Shown here: one piece after another, positions 10,901-18,581 of the stretch | Layout of the letters: the number at the start of each line of letters is the position of its first letter | Numbering within the stretch: position 1 is the first letter of the stretch | Assembly (NCBI GenBank): GCA_031363325.1 | Contig: JANLUE010001505.1 | Coordinates: forward strand, 1 to 37,994 | From: Gemmataceae bacterium | GTDB taxonomy: Bacteria > Planctomycetota > Planctomycetia > Gemmatales > Gemmataceae | DNA: 37,994 nucleotides | Direction: 5' to 3' | The notes under the pieces: generated by a model | What the model was told of the DNA's origin: nothing | Databases searched by the model: none | What the model saw: only the letters and a program-made list of their open reading frames with translations | Program-made: the position numbers and the translations under genes

Positions 10901-13161
10901 AACCAGGGGGCGTTGTCGAGGCCCCGGTCGAATGGGGCCCACGTGGCGCCGCCATCGAGGGTGCGGACAATGCGTTGGCCCGCCTCGCGGGCGTAGACGA
11001 TTCGATCGTCGAAGCGATCGACGACCGGTTCGTACATGCCGGAGACGAAGCTCGGGGCCGCTCCTCCGGTCCAGGTCTGTCCCCCGTCCGTCGAGAGATA
11101 GGTGAACGAAGCCGGGAAGGCGTTGCCGTTCGTTATGTAAACTTTGTTCGCATCGGTGGTCGACGTGCCGACGCCAGAGCCATTGAACTTGGTGGGCAAA
11201 CCGTTCTCGCCGGACCCGGCGAAAGTCCAGGTGACGCCGTTGTCCGCGCTGCGCAGGACGCCGCCGACTTGCGGAACCTGATTCGATTGATCGGTGAGAG
11301 TTGCAATCAAAACATCGCTGTTGGCGAGGCGCTCGACATCATTGATGATCGTCGAGTAGGGGTTGGGGGCCTGAACGTAGGCCACGGTCCAGTTGAGGCC
11401 GCCGTCCGTCGTGCGCCAGATGGAGGCCTTGTACCAGAGATCGGAGGTGGCGCCGTTCGGGCCGTTCTGGCCGACCGCGATGATCAGACTCGGGTCCGTC
11501 GGGCTGAAGGCGAGTGCCCGCACGTCGGAGTCGAGGGAACCCGGAATCAGATCGGGCCCGATCGCGGTCCAGGTTCCATTCGAGGCGCGGCGGTACAGGC
11601 CTTCACGACCGGCCGAATTGGAGACACTGGCGGCGACATAGGCCGTCCCGTTCGGCGAATACTTGGCCAGCATGAACTTCGAGCCGCCGATCGACTCCCG
11701 GTTCCAGGTCGCGCCGCCGTTCGTCGAACGCATCACCCCGCCGCTATTGAGCCCGGAGTAGGTCAGCAGCATTTCGGACGGGTTCATTGGGTTGACCGCG
11801 ACCGATGTGGTCGCGAACTCGCTGATGCCGGCCGTGGACGAAGCGAACGTCGCCCCACCGTCCGTGCTCGCGAGCACGCCAAACTGGCCCGTCGACGCGA
11901 GGACCTTGCTCCCGACGAAGCGGACTTCGTTGACGAGCGCGCCGGCCGTGCCAGCGACATGGAACGCCCAGGTCGCTCCGCCATCGGTCGAACGGTAGAC
12001 GCCGTCCCGTTCCGTGCCGGCCACGAGGATCGACGGGTTGGCCGGGTCGATGGCGATCGAGCGCGCGAAGCCTTCCGGCCACGAGTTCGAGAGCGAAGTC
12101 CAGGATTGGCCAAAATCGGTGGAGCGACGAACACCGAACGAGTTGCCGAAGAACGGCGTGCCGCCAGCCACGTACAGATCGCCGCCCGAGAACTTGACAT
12201 CGAACACCGGCCCGCCCGGCAGGTCGCCCGTGCTGTTCTGCCAGCTCGCGCCCCCGTTCGTCGTCGTGAACACGCCGAACGGCCCAAACCCAACGCCATA
12301 GGCGATGGCGATTTGTTGCGGGTTCGCCGGGTTGAACGCGATCCGGCTCGGTGCCATGTTGGTCGACCCGCCGGGCGTGGCGTTCGTCCAGGTCGCCCCG
12401 CCGTCCGTGGACTTCCAGATGGTCTTCGGCTGTTGACCGAACCCGGACTCGAGCCCGACGAACAGAATGTTCGGGTCGGTCGGATGTGTGCCGATCGCCA
12501 ACACGAGTTGATAGTTTTCGTTGGCGATGTCGGACTTCGTCCAGGTCGCGCCGTCGTCGGTGCTTTTGAACAGCCCGGAGAAGGTGCCTGCGAAAGCGAC
12601 TCCGTTGACCGCGTAGACCACCGCGTGGACTTCATTGTCCTTGAAGAACGAGATTTCGTTCCAGGTCGTGCCGCCATCGGTCGAGCGGTACAGCCCGCCG
12701 TGACCGGTCGTCGTTTCCGAATCGACGGCCGCGAGGACGATGTTCGAGTTGCCCGGCGCCACGGCCGTCGCGACGACATCGCCGCCGAATGGGCCAATCG
12801 TCTTCCACGCGGACGAGGCCGCGTTGGTGGGAGAAACCGGCCCGGAGCGCGGCGACGTGTGGACCCAGCCCGCGTCCAGTGCTTGCACGACCGCGTACGT
12901 CCCGGCCGCCAACCCGGTGAAGGAGTAACTTCCGTCGGCTCCGGACGTGAGGCTCGATTCACCGGCGTCGAACTGGCGATTGCCGTTCGTATCCAGGTAC
13001 ACGGTCCGACCCGCGAGGGCCGGATCGCCAGGATCGCGAACGCCGTTTGCATTGAGGTCCTGCCAGACGGTCCCTTGAAGAGTGGCCGGTGCGAGACGGC
13101 ATTCGAGGGTGTCCAGGTGCAAACGACGGTTGCGCGACGCGGAAACGCGAGAGTGAAACAT
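7969..13161 (-). CDS. giant multidomain exoprotein: SdrD-B/Cna-B-like domains, BNR/Asp-box beta-propeller region, matrixin-type zinc metalloprotease, two Calx-beta domains, two CBM-like beta-sandwich domains
   Basis: 1730-aa ORF. It has many S-x-D-G-G-x-T-W Asp-boxes and repeated 'DLNANG...GxY' SdrD-B-like units. The zinc motif HEIGHSIGVAH sits at 9694..9726. Two tandem Calx-beta-like units match (TVTIPAGQASATFPVTAVDD / TVTIPAGKSSVTFRVSAINDT). Two paralogous C-terminal modules match (GTYEVTVTFG...DGQLTARFKD / GTYSVTVTMGD...DGQLTVRIAD). Confidence 0.85.
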   Translation of the reverse strand: MFHSRVSASRNRRLHLDTLECRLAPATLQGTVWQDLNANGVRDPGDPALAGRTVYLDTNGNRQFDAGESSLTSGADGSYSFTGLAAGTYAVVQALDAGWVHTSPRSGPVSPTNAASSAWKTIGPFGGDVVATAVAPGNSNIVLAAVDSETTTGHGGLYRSTDGGTTWNEISFFKDNEVHAVVYAVNGVAFAGTFSGLFKSTDDGATWTKSDIANENYQLVLAIGTHPTDPNILFVGLESGFGQQPKTIWKSTDGGATWTNATPGGSTNMAPSRIAFNPANPQQIAIAYGVGFGPFGVFTTTNGGASWQNSTGDLPGGPVFDVKFSGGDLYVAGGTPFFGNSFGVRRSTDFGQSWTSLSNSWPEGFARSIAIDPANPSILVAGTERDGVYRSTDGGATWAFHVAGTAGALVNEVRFVGSKVLASTGQFGVLASTDGGATFASSTAGISEFATTSVAVNPMNPSEMLLTYSGLNSGGVMRSTNGGATWNRESIGGSKFMLAKYSPNGTAYVAASVSNSAGREGLYRRASNGTWTAIGPDLIPGSLDSDVRALAFSPTDPSLIIAVGQNGPNGATSDLWYKASIWRTTDGGLNWTVAYVQAPNPYSTIINDVERLANSDVLIATLTDQSNQVPQVGGVLRSADNGVTWTFAGSGENGLPTKFNGSGVGTSTTDANKVYITNGNAFPASFTYLSTDGGQTWTGGAAPSFVSGMYEPVVDRFDDRIVYAREAGQRIVRTLDGGATWAPFDRGLDNAPWFYGQFALSYTMAPTPRLVVGTLAGIYSTELYSQTAAANSVTVQINDVRGNLDFGSRPLPGEISGSIIEDAIGDGQTLSGFPREDQVAYLDLNTNALLDSGEPAYRTNGFGTYRFTGLNPGTYSVRLLTRVDTLQTYPANNAAYTINLAADGNSSGNDLGFQFKPAVFQGTKYNDLNGNGTQDVGEPGLPGWTMFLDLNANGSPDTQEPQATTDVDGHFTLKARDPGPYVVSERPAPYWRTTSPTLGNSVYSGATGFEPSYGSWADRDPSTPNVTDLWYDFRDWNGYSNSISPEQQALVRTALDGWEQATGGKIRFTRNTTAPTADIITIGTGDLAALGLSSLPNGVLGAASFGSGGPSNMSSGVVWMDFAETWDLTIGNGQQSAYDYFSVALHEIGHSIGVAHTTGVPYTLPAVMSPNLFGEYTNLSVLDIDEVRKLYGANDTRPGFYLSQGVRGVVRDNLNFGDQSTGTPPYADLYLDFGVYFSTQPAGYSLVEYTQDYNVYTRTGWTSGADRYGWYSGFNDPLLEDYIDTADSTFAADLPTGTYEVTVTFGAQAGLTFDQMQVSFEGTPVDTVDAIGSTVTRTYVVSILDGQLTARFKDLGGATNKVAINAMTIKKVADRLTLSIAPSTFSETAGSNAATGTVTRTGDLSLPVTVNLSSNDTSEATVPTTVTIPAGQASATFPVTAVDDTIADLTQTVTISVSAVNYTSASTNVSVTDNEEFLTLSINPTTFSEAAGTNAATGTVTRSGSTVSALVVTLASSDTTEARVPATVTIPAGKSSVTFRVSAINDTILDGPQSVTITASAAGFFPNSAGVTVTDDERRTFTSAKFDFGTANSPVVSGFTRVHAGTIHNNFDGFGWSAGTISSVDRGSPANSVNRDFNATADGTFSVNVPNGTYSVTVTMGDHSIRRDRMQLYLEGSRRENNLNTSAGQFHKQTYSVRVSDGQLTVRIADNGGQDPLAVINALEFNRTGN

Positions 13162-13293
13162 CGAACGGCCTTGTCGAGTTTTCGGTGGAAGGGGGTAAAC
13201 TACCGAAGCAAGTGCCCGCCAGTCAAAAGAGAAGTCTGAGAATTTCGGGATTATTGTCCGGGCGAAACTGGCCCATCGAAAACGGAGTCACAC

Positions 13294-14169
13294 ATGCGTA
13301 ACCTCTTGGCCTTTGCACTCGCGATCTTCGCGCAGACCACATTCGCCGCCGAGCCGCTGCGGATCATTTGCTTCGGCGCTCCTCCCGACGATTGCGAATT
13401 GAAGGCCGCCGGGACCGGGGCCCTGTGGGCGGCCCAGGGGCACAAGGTGAAGTTCGTTTCCGTGACGAATGGCGACATCGGGCACTGGCGCGAGTCCGGG
13501 CCGGCGCTCGCCAAACGGCGCAGGGCCGAGGTGGAAGCGGCCGACAAGTCGCTCGGCATCACGACCGAGATTCTCGAGATCCACGATGGCGAACTCGAAC
13601 CAACGCTCGCCAACCGCAAGACGATCACCCGGCTGATCCGCGAGTGGAACGCCGACATCGTAATGTCGCATCGGCCGAACGACTATCACCCCGACCATCG
13701 CTACACCGGCGTTCTCGTTCAGGATGCCGCGTTCATGGTGGCCGTCCCGCGCTTCCTCCCCGACGTGCCGCCCCTCAAGCGGAACCCCGTCTTCCTGTAC
13801 TACTCGGATCGATTCCAGAAACCGAACCCGTTCCGTCCCGACGTGGTCGTGTCGATTGATGCCGTCGAGGAAGCGAAGGTCGCGGCCCTCGAACGCATGG
13901 AGTCGCAATTCCTGGAGGGCGGCGCCGTCGGCGGGCCGGAACTGATCCCGGCGGACGAGGCGGGGCGAACCAAGCGTCGCGCCGAGGTTCGAGCGATGTT
14001 TCAGAATCGCGACCGTCAGTCGGCGAAGCTCTATCGCGACAAGCTGGTCGAACTGTACGGCGACCGGGGAAGTAAAGTCGAGTTCGCCGAAGCGTTTGAA
14101 GTCTGCGAGTACGGCCGGCAACCGGACGCGGCCGAACTCCGCCGCTTGTTTCCACTCGGCGAGAAATAG
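13294..14169 (+). CDS. PIG-L/LmbE-family deacetylase with signal peptide
   Basis: 291 aa. Signal peptide MRNLLAFALAIFAQTTFAAEP. LmbE-like motifs GAPPDD (normally AHPDD) and HRPNDYHPDHR. Confidence 0.75.
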   Translation: MRNLLAFALAIFAQTTFAAEPLRIICFGAPPDDCELKAAGTGALWAAQGHKVKFVSVTNGDIGHWRESGPALAKRRRAEVEAADKSLGITTEILEIHDGELEPTLANRKTITRLIREWNADIVMSHRPNDYHPDHRYTGVLVQDAAFMVAVPRFLPDVPPLKRNPVFLYYSDRFQKPNPFRPDVVVSIDAVEEAKVAALERMESQFLEGGAVGGPELIPADEAGRTKRRAEVRAMFQNRDRQSAKLYRDKLVELYGDRGSKVEFAEAFEVCEYGRQPDAAELRRLFPLGEK

Positions 14170-14346
14170 CGCGTCGGGCGTCCGATCACTTGGCCCAGGT
14201 AATTCATTTCGACCCGAACGGCCAAACGGGTCGTGCGGGCTTCGCCGACTGCTTGGTCCGCATGTGCCGACGATTCGGGATGACACGGCGGCCAATATTT
14301 CGTAAGAATTCTGTTGCCTTACCGACACACCTCAGCGCGCAGGGAC

Positions 14347-15513
14347 ATGAGTCAAGGAACCATAACCCCTTCTCTTTCCCCATCGACATTCCACCCCGAC
14401 GTGGCCCCCGAGCCGGCGCACGAACGCACCGGCCCGGATCGTCGGCCCAAGTTCCCGGCCGACAACGGCTTTCAGGCCGCCGTCCGCAATCGCGTCAACG
14501 CCTACTTCCGTGAGACCGGCCTGAGCGAACGCGACTGCCTCGGCATGTACTTGAAGACGCTGTTCATCCTCGTCTGGATCGGCGTTTCGTACGCGCTCCT
14601 GATGACGACGAACACGCTCCTGGTCGCCTTCCCGGCCGCCATTTCGCTCGCCCTGGCCATGGCGGCCGTCGGTTTCTCGATCCAACATGACGGCGGGCAC
14701 CACGCCTATTCTCGTCGCGAGTGGATCAACCGACTCGCCGCCCGCTCACTCGACATGATGGGCGCGAGCAGCTACCTGTGGAACTGGAAGCACGTCGTCT
14801 TCCATCACACCTACTCGAACGTGCCCGGCCAGGACACGGACATCGAACTCGGGGCCGCGATCCGCGTTTGCCCGCAGCAGAAACGACGTTGGTTCCATCG
14901 CTGGCAACATCTCTACCTGTTCCCGATGTACGGCGTGACGGCCGCCCGCTGGCATCTGTACGGCGACTTCAAGGAAGTCGCCACCGGCCAGATGGGCCCG
15001 CACAAGATCCCCCGGCCAAAGGGTAAGGACCTGGCCGTCTTCGTCCTCGGCAAGCTCTGGTCGTGCGGCCTGTTCATTGTGGTCCCGGCGCTCTTTCAGC
15101 CGCTCTGGCTCGTGATCCTTTTCTACTTGTTCGTGACCTGGATCATGGGTGTCGTGATGAGCGTCGTGTTCCAACTCGCTCACTGCGTGGGCGAAGCGGA
15201 CTTCCCGGACCCGAACCCGGAAACGTTCCGCTTCGATCGCCCCTGGGCCGTCCATCAGGTCGAGACGACCGTGGACTTCGCGCGCGACAACCGGGTACTC
15301 TCGTGGTGGCTCGGCGGGTTGAATTTCCAGATTGAACATCACCTGATGCCGCAGGTGTGCCACATCCATTACCCGGCCCTGTCGAAGATCGTCGAAGCGA
15401 CCTGCGCCGAGTACGGCGTCCGCTACCGGGCGCATCGCACGTTCATGGGCGGCATGCACGCCCACTACAGTTGGCTCCGCGAAATGGGGCGACCGGAACC
15501 CGTCGCGGGCTGA
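14347..15513 (+). CDS. membrane fatty-acid desaturase with a QxxHH third histidine box
   Basis: Histidine boxes HDGGHH, HVVFHHTYSN and QIEHHL, plus several hydrophobic segments. The ATG at 14347 is preferred over the TTG at 14314. Confidence 0.85.
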   Translation: MSQGTITPSLSPSTFHPDVAPEPAHERTGPDRRPKFPADNGFQAAVRNRVNAYFRETGLSERDCLGMYLKTLFILVWIGVSYALLMTTNTLLVAFPAAISLALAMAAVGFSIQHDGGHHAYSRREWINRLAARSLDMMGASSYLWNWKHVVFHHTYSNVPGQDTDIELGAAIRVCPQQKRRWFHRWQHLYLFPMYGVTAARWHLYGDFKEVATGQMGPHKIPRPKGKDLAVFVLGKLWSCGLFIVVPALFQPLWLVILFYLFVTWIMGVVMSVVFQLAHCVGEADFPDPNPETFRFDRPWAVHQVETTVDFARDNRVLSWWLGGLNFQIEHHLMPQVCHIHYPALSKIVEATCAEYGVRYRAHRTFMGGMHAHYSWLREMGRPEPVAG

Positions 15514-15663
15514 GGCCACGGATGACCTCGCGCCGGGAGCCGTTTCTCTGGCCTCGTTCGGCCAGCGGCCGATGCGACTCGGCTCACCATTTCGAATCGG
15601 GCGACGGAACGCCGTTCGCAGTTTACGGAGCCTTCAAAACGTCCGAAATTCAGGAGGTCGCTC

Positions 15664-17112
15664 ATGAGTTCGGAAACACCTCACACCGGATGGTTGGTCC
15701 CTGTCACGATGGGTCGAATCGGATGGGCGGTTGTTATTCTCTTGATCACACTGGCGGGACTTTGGCCGGTGTTGTGGCGGAATGGATTCGGATCGGACGA
15801 GCTCGAACATTACACAGCGAAGTATACTTGGCAATCAAACCAGACCGCTCATCTCATGATGGGCTTTTGCTTCATGACTCTCTTTTGGTGGGGATGCGTT
15901 CGTCGGCGGCGGAAGCCCGACGCTTCTGTGACAATAGAAGCCAACCCGATCCGCAAGTTGGCCGGGTGGTTTCGAGCGCGGCCAGTCCTTTGGCCGTTTG
16001 CAGCTATTCTGGTGAAAGACTTCGTGTTCGACGTGCTCAAGGACCTGTTGGCGACGGCCTGCTCGCCGATTTGGCCGAACTGGTCGAGCCTTTATTTCGA
16101 CGCGATCACCGATGACCTCTTCTGGTTCACCGGCTTCGGCTTCGCGCTGTTCGTGATCGGATGGCGGGCGTCAGGTCGTGTGAATTGGAAATGTGCGCTC
16201 GGGCTGTTTGTCGGCTTCCTGCTCGGAGCTCTCGGCTGTGGCGGCTTCTGGACTGCCCAAAAAGACTCGTTCGATCGCTCCGGGCTGCCTCTCAATTACA
16301 AGCGTCTGACGCACGTCGCCGGCGAAGTGAGGTTGGTCGGCGACCGCGACACGGCGAAGTCCACAATGCGGCGAATCCAGACGGAGGCCCAGGCCGGGCG
16401 ACCCGTCCACATCGTGATTTTCGGCGGTGCCCCTGGTCCAAGGACAGAACTCGCGGTCGCCATCGGGTGCGAGTACGTGTTTCGCCTCGACGATTGGCGT
16501 TGGTCGGGGTCAACGACCGTCCTTCATTCATCGGCCGTGCATCTGCTCGAAGACCCAGGCCGGGTCTGGGCGGTTGATTCTCCAAGCCGATGTCTGGTGG
16601 TCATTGGATTGGATACGGCCACGGTCCCACCCATCGACGCCCTGGTCGAATCGGCCATCGCCGCCAAGAAGCCGGAGCTCGTGAGCGTCGGGATTCGCAA
16701 TCAACTCGATCTGGCCCGTTTCTTCGCGCTCAAGGGTCATCCGAAGGCCGAACTTTACAAGAAGGATGTACCGCTCGACGAAGACGCTCTCCGATTTCTT
16801 CAAACAACGTACATCCCCGATCCGGACCCCGAACGGTCGCTGCCCGATATCGAGGATCGCATCCTGCGTGTTCGATCGGCCGTTCAAACTCGATCGACGC
16901 CGTTCCGAACGCTTGGCGCGGCGGCGCGAGAAAAAGGGATCGCCACGGTCTGGTCCCTGGCGGAAACGCCGACCTGGCTCGGACATCATTGCACGCCGGC
17001 CGAGGAGGCCATCCATCGGGCCAACGACCGGGAGGCCTGGATCCATTCGCTTGCCTACCTGTTGGGGATCAAGCCCGACGGGTTTATTCGCCTGGAATTG
17101 GAGGCTCCATGA
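15664..17112 (+). CDS. hypothetical polytopic membrane protein with a soluble C-terminal domain
   Basis: 482-aa ORF. About 5 hydrophobic helices by eye in the first 210 aa. The C-terminal domain has a degenerate P-loop-like IFGGAPGPRTELAVAIG and the Walker-B-like CLVVIGLD. Its stop overlaps the tyrosinase start (ATGA). Confidence 0.6.
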   Translation: MSSETPHTGWLVPVTMGRIGWAVVILLITLAGLWPVLWRNGFGSDELEHYTAKYTWQSNQTAHLMMGFCFMTLFWWGCVRRRRKPDASVTIEANPIRKLAGWFRARPVLWPFAAILVKDFVFDVLKDLLATACSPIWPNWSSLYFDAITDDLFWFTGFGFALFVIGWRASGRVNWKCALGLFVGFLLGALGCGGFWTAQKDSFDRSGLPLNYKRLTHVAGEVRLVGDRDTAKSTMRRIQTEAQAGRPVHIVIFGGAPGPRTELAVAIGCEYVFRLDDWRWSGSTTVLHSSAVHLLEDPGRVWAVDSPSRCLVVIGLDTATVPPIDALVESAIAAKKPELVSVGIRNQLDLARFFALKGHPKAELYKKDVPLDEDALRFLQTTYIPDPDPERSLPDIEDRILRVRSAVQTRSTPFRTLGAAAREKGIATVWSLAETPTWLGHHCTPAEEAIHRANDREAWIHSLAYLLGIKPDGFIRLELEAP

Positions 17113-18509
17113 CCTTGAGTCGCCGCGAGCTCCTGGGGACCGGCGTGGCGTTCGCGCTCGGTGAACGATCGTTCGCCCAGGCGGCACCCCGCGTCCGCCG
17201 CGATATCGCGGGCCTCAAGGCAAACGCCCCGGACATCGAGGCGTTGGCGGCCGGCATCAAAGCCATGCGCGCGAAGCCGCCGAACGACCCGCTGAACTGG
17301 AAAAACTTTGCCGAGCGTCACGGCCGCCTCGATTCACGTGTGACGACTGACTGCCAACATGGTTCGTGGTTCTTTTTGCCGTGGCATCGGGCTTACGTGC
17401 ACCGATTCGAGCAAGCGATCGCCGAGCTTTCGGGACACAAGGCCTTCGCACTTCCGTTTTGGGCATGGGAACGCGACTTCGCGATGCCCAAATTGTTCGA
17501 CGCGGGTGGCGTGCCCGAATTCGACAATCCCACGCGGGCGGGCAAGCCCAACGCCGGCCGCAAGAACCCGAAGGCCTTTCCGCAGGCCATCGTAAAGACG
17601 AAGTTCAGCAAGCGGGCACTCGAACTGTTGCTGAACTCGCCGGACTTTGCGACGTTCGCCGGCGGCGATCCAGACGACAAAATCGTCGGAGCCTTTGCGG
17701 GGGCACTTGAGAACAATCAACATCGGTACATTCACGAATGGGTCGATGGCGACATGGGAGAGGCGGGCTGTCCGTTCGACCCGATCTTTTGGCTCCACCA
17801 TTCAAACGTGGACCGGCTCTGGGATGCGTGGGCCCGCATCAATCCAAAGCGGCACCCTGCCGCGAAAAGTTGGCTCGACAAGACCTTTCCAAGTGTGAGT
17901 CCCGACGCCACGAAGCCGCTCCGCGTACGCGACCTGCTCGGCGACCAACTTGGCTACATCTATGAAGGGACTCGGGCCGCAGGCGATATGAGCCCAGTTT
18001 CGGCGACTTCCAAGACCTCGATCGGCTTGCAGGCTCCGTCCGGAGCTTGGACGCGAATGACGGAAGGCGATCTGGCGGCCACTCCAAGGGCCGCCAAAAA
18101 CGCGGGTGCCCTGTTCGCATCGGCCCTCGACGAGCGAGGGACCAGTCGAGTCCGGCTTCGACTTCGAAAGCTCAATCCCAAGGCTGATCCTCGGGCGATT
18201 CTCGAAGTTTATCTCGCCATCGACGCCAAGCCGATCAAGCCGGATCCCGAAGGCCCGGCGTTTGCCGGCTCGGTTTCCGTCGCCGAGCGATGGATGTCGG
18301 CCGACGAACACGGCCATGGCCCCGGGGGCGTCGCACTCGACGTGACGCTACCCTTCCGCGAACTCACGCGACCGCTCAATGGCAAACTGCCACCCGACAT
18401 GACGGTTCGTTTCGTCCCGCGAACCGTGGGCGGCGAGTCGTGGCGCGGCGAGTGGAAAGACCTCGTCCCGACCGAAGTGACTTTTGACGTCGTCCAGCCG
18501 GGCGAGTAA
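17109..18509 (+). CDS. Tat-exported tyrosinase / polyphenol oxidase (type-3 copper) with C-terminal lid domain
   Basis: Twin-arginine signal MTLSRRELLGTGVAFAL. CuA motif HGSWFFLPWHRAYVHRFE. CuB motif HRYIHEW...DPIFWLHHSNVDRLW. About 150 aa of C-terminal extension. The ATG at 17109 is in frame within the longer ORF 16590..18509. Confidence 0.9.
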   Translation: MTLSRRELLGTGVAFALGERSFAQAAPRVRRDIAGLKANAPDIEALAAGIKAMRAKPPNDPLNWKNFAERHGRLDSRVTTDCQHGSWFFLPWHRAYVHRFEQAIAELSGHKAFALPFWAWERDFAMPKLFDAGGVPEFDNPTRAGKPNAGRKNPKAFPQAIVKTKFSKRALELLLNSPDFATFAGGDPDDKIVGAFAGALENNQHRYIHEWVDGDMGEAGCPFDPIFWLHHSNVDRLWDAWARINPKRHPAAKSWLDKTFPSVSPDATKPLRVRDLLGDQLGYIYEGTRAAGDMSPVSATSKTSIGLQAPSGAWTRMTEGDLAATPRAAKNAGALFASALDERGTSRVRLRLRKLNPKADPRAILEVYLAIDAKPIKPDPEGPAFAGSVSVAERWMSADEHGHGPGGVALDVTLPFRELTRPLNGKLPPDMTVRFVPRTVGGESWRGEWKDLVPTEVTFDVVQPGE

Positions 18510-18581
18510 CGGAGTCGCGATCGCCCTTGGAGGCCGTCGAGAAATCGGCTATATGGTTAACTGAGGATTTGGGCCGCCGAT

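Noticed and set aside
8053-13239. Long plus-strand ORFs (8053..9888, 611 aa; 10678..13239, 853 aa) opposite the 1730-aa gene. The same applies to 27536..29995 opposite the RTX gene, 438..1667 opposite zwf, 3975..5105 opposite pgi and 13288..14328 opposite the PIG-L gene.
   Set aside because: These are antisense shadow frames with low-complexity Arg/Asp/Gly composition. In each case the opposite strand encodes a recognisable protein.
16590-17108. Upstream extension of the tyrosinase ORF (639-aa version)
   Set aside because: The extension overlaps the well-formed 482-aa membrane-protein frame. The internal ATG at 17109 is followed immediately by a textbook twin-arginine signal peptide.
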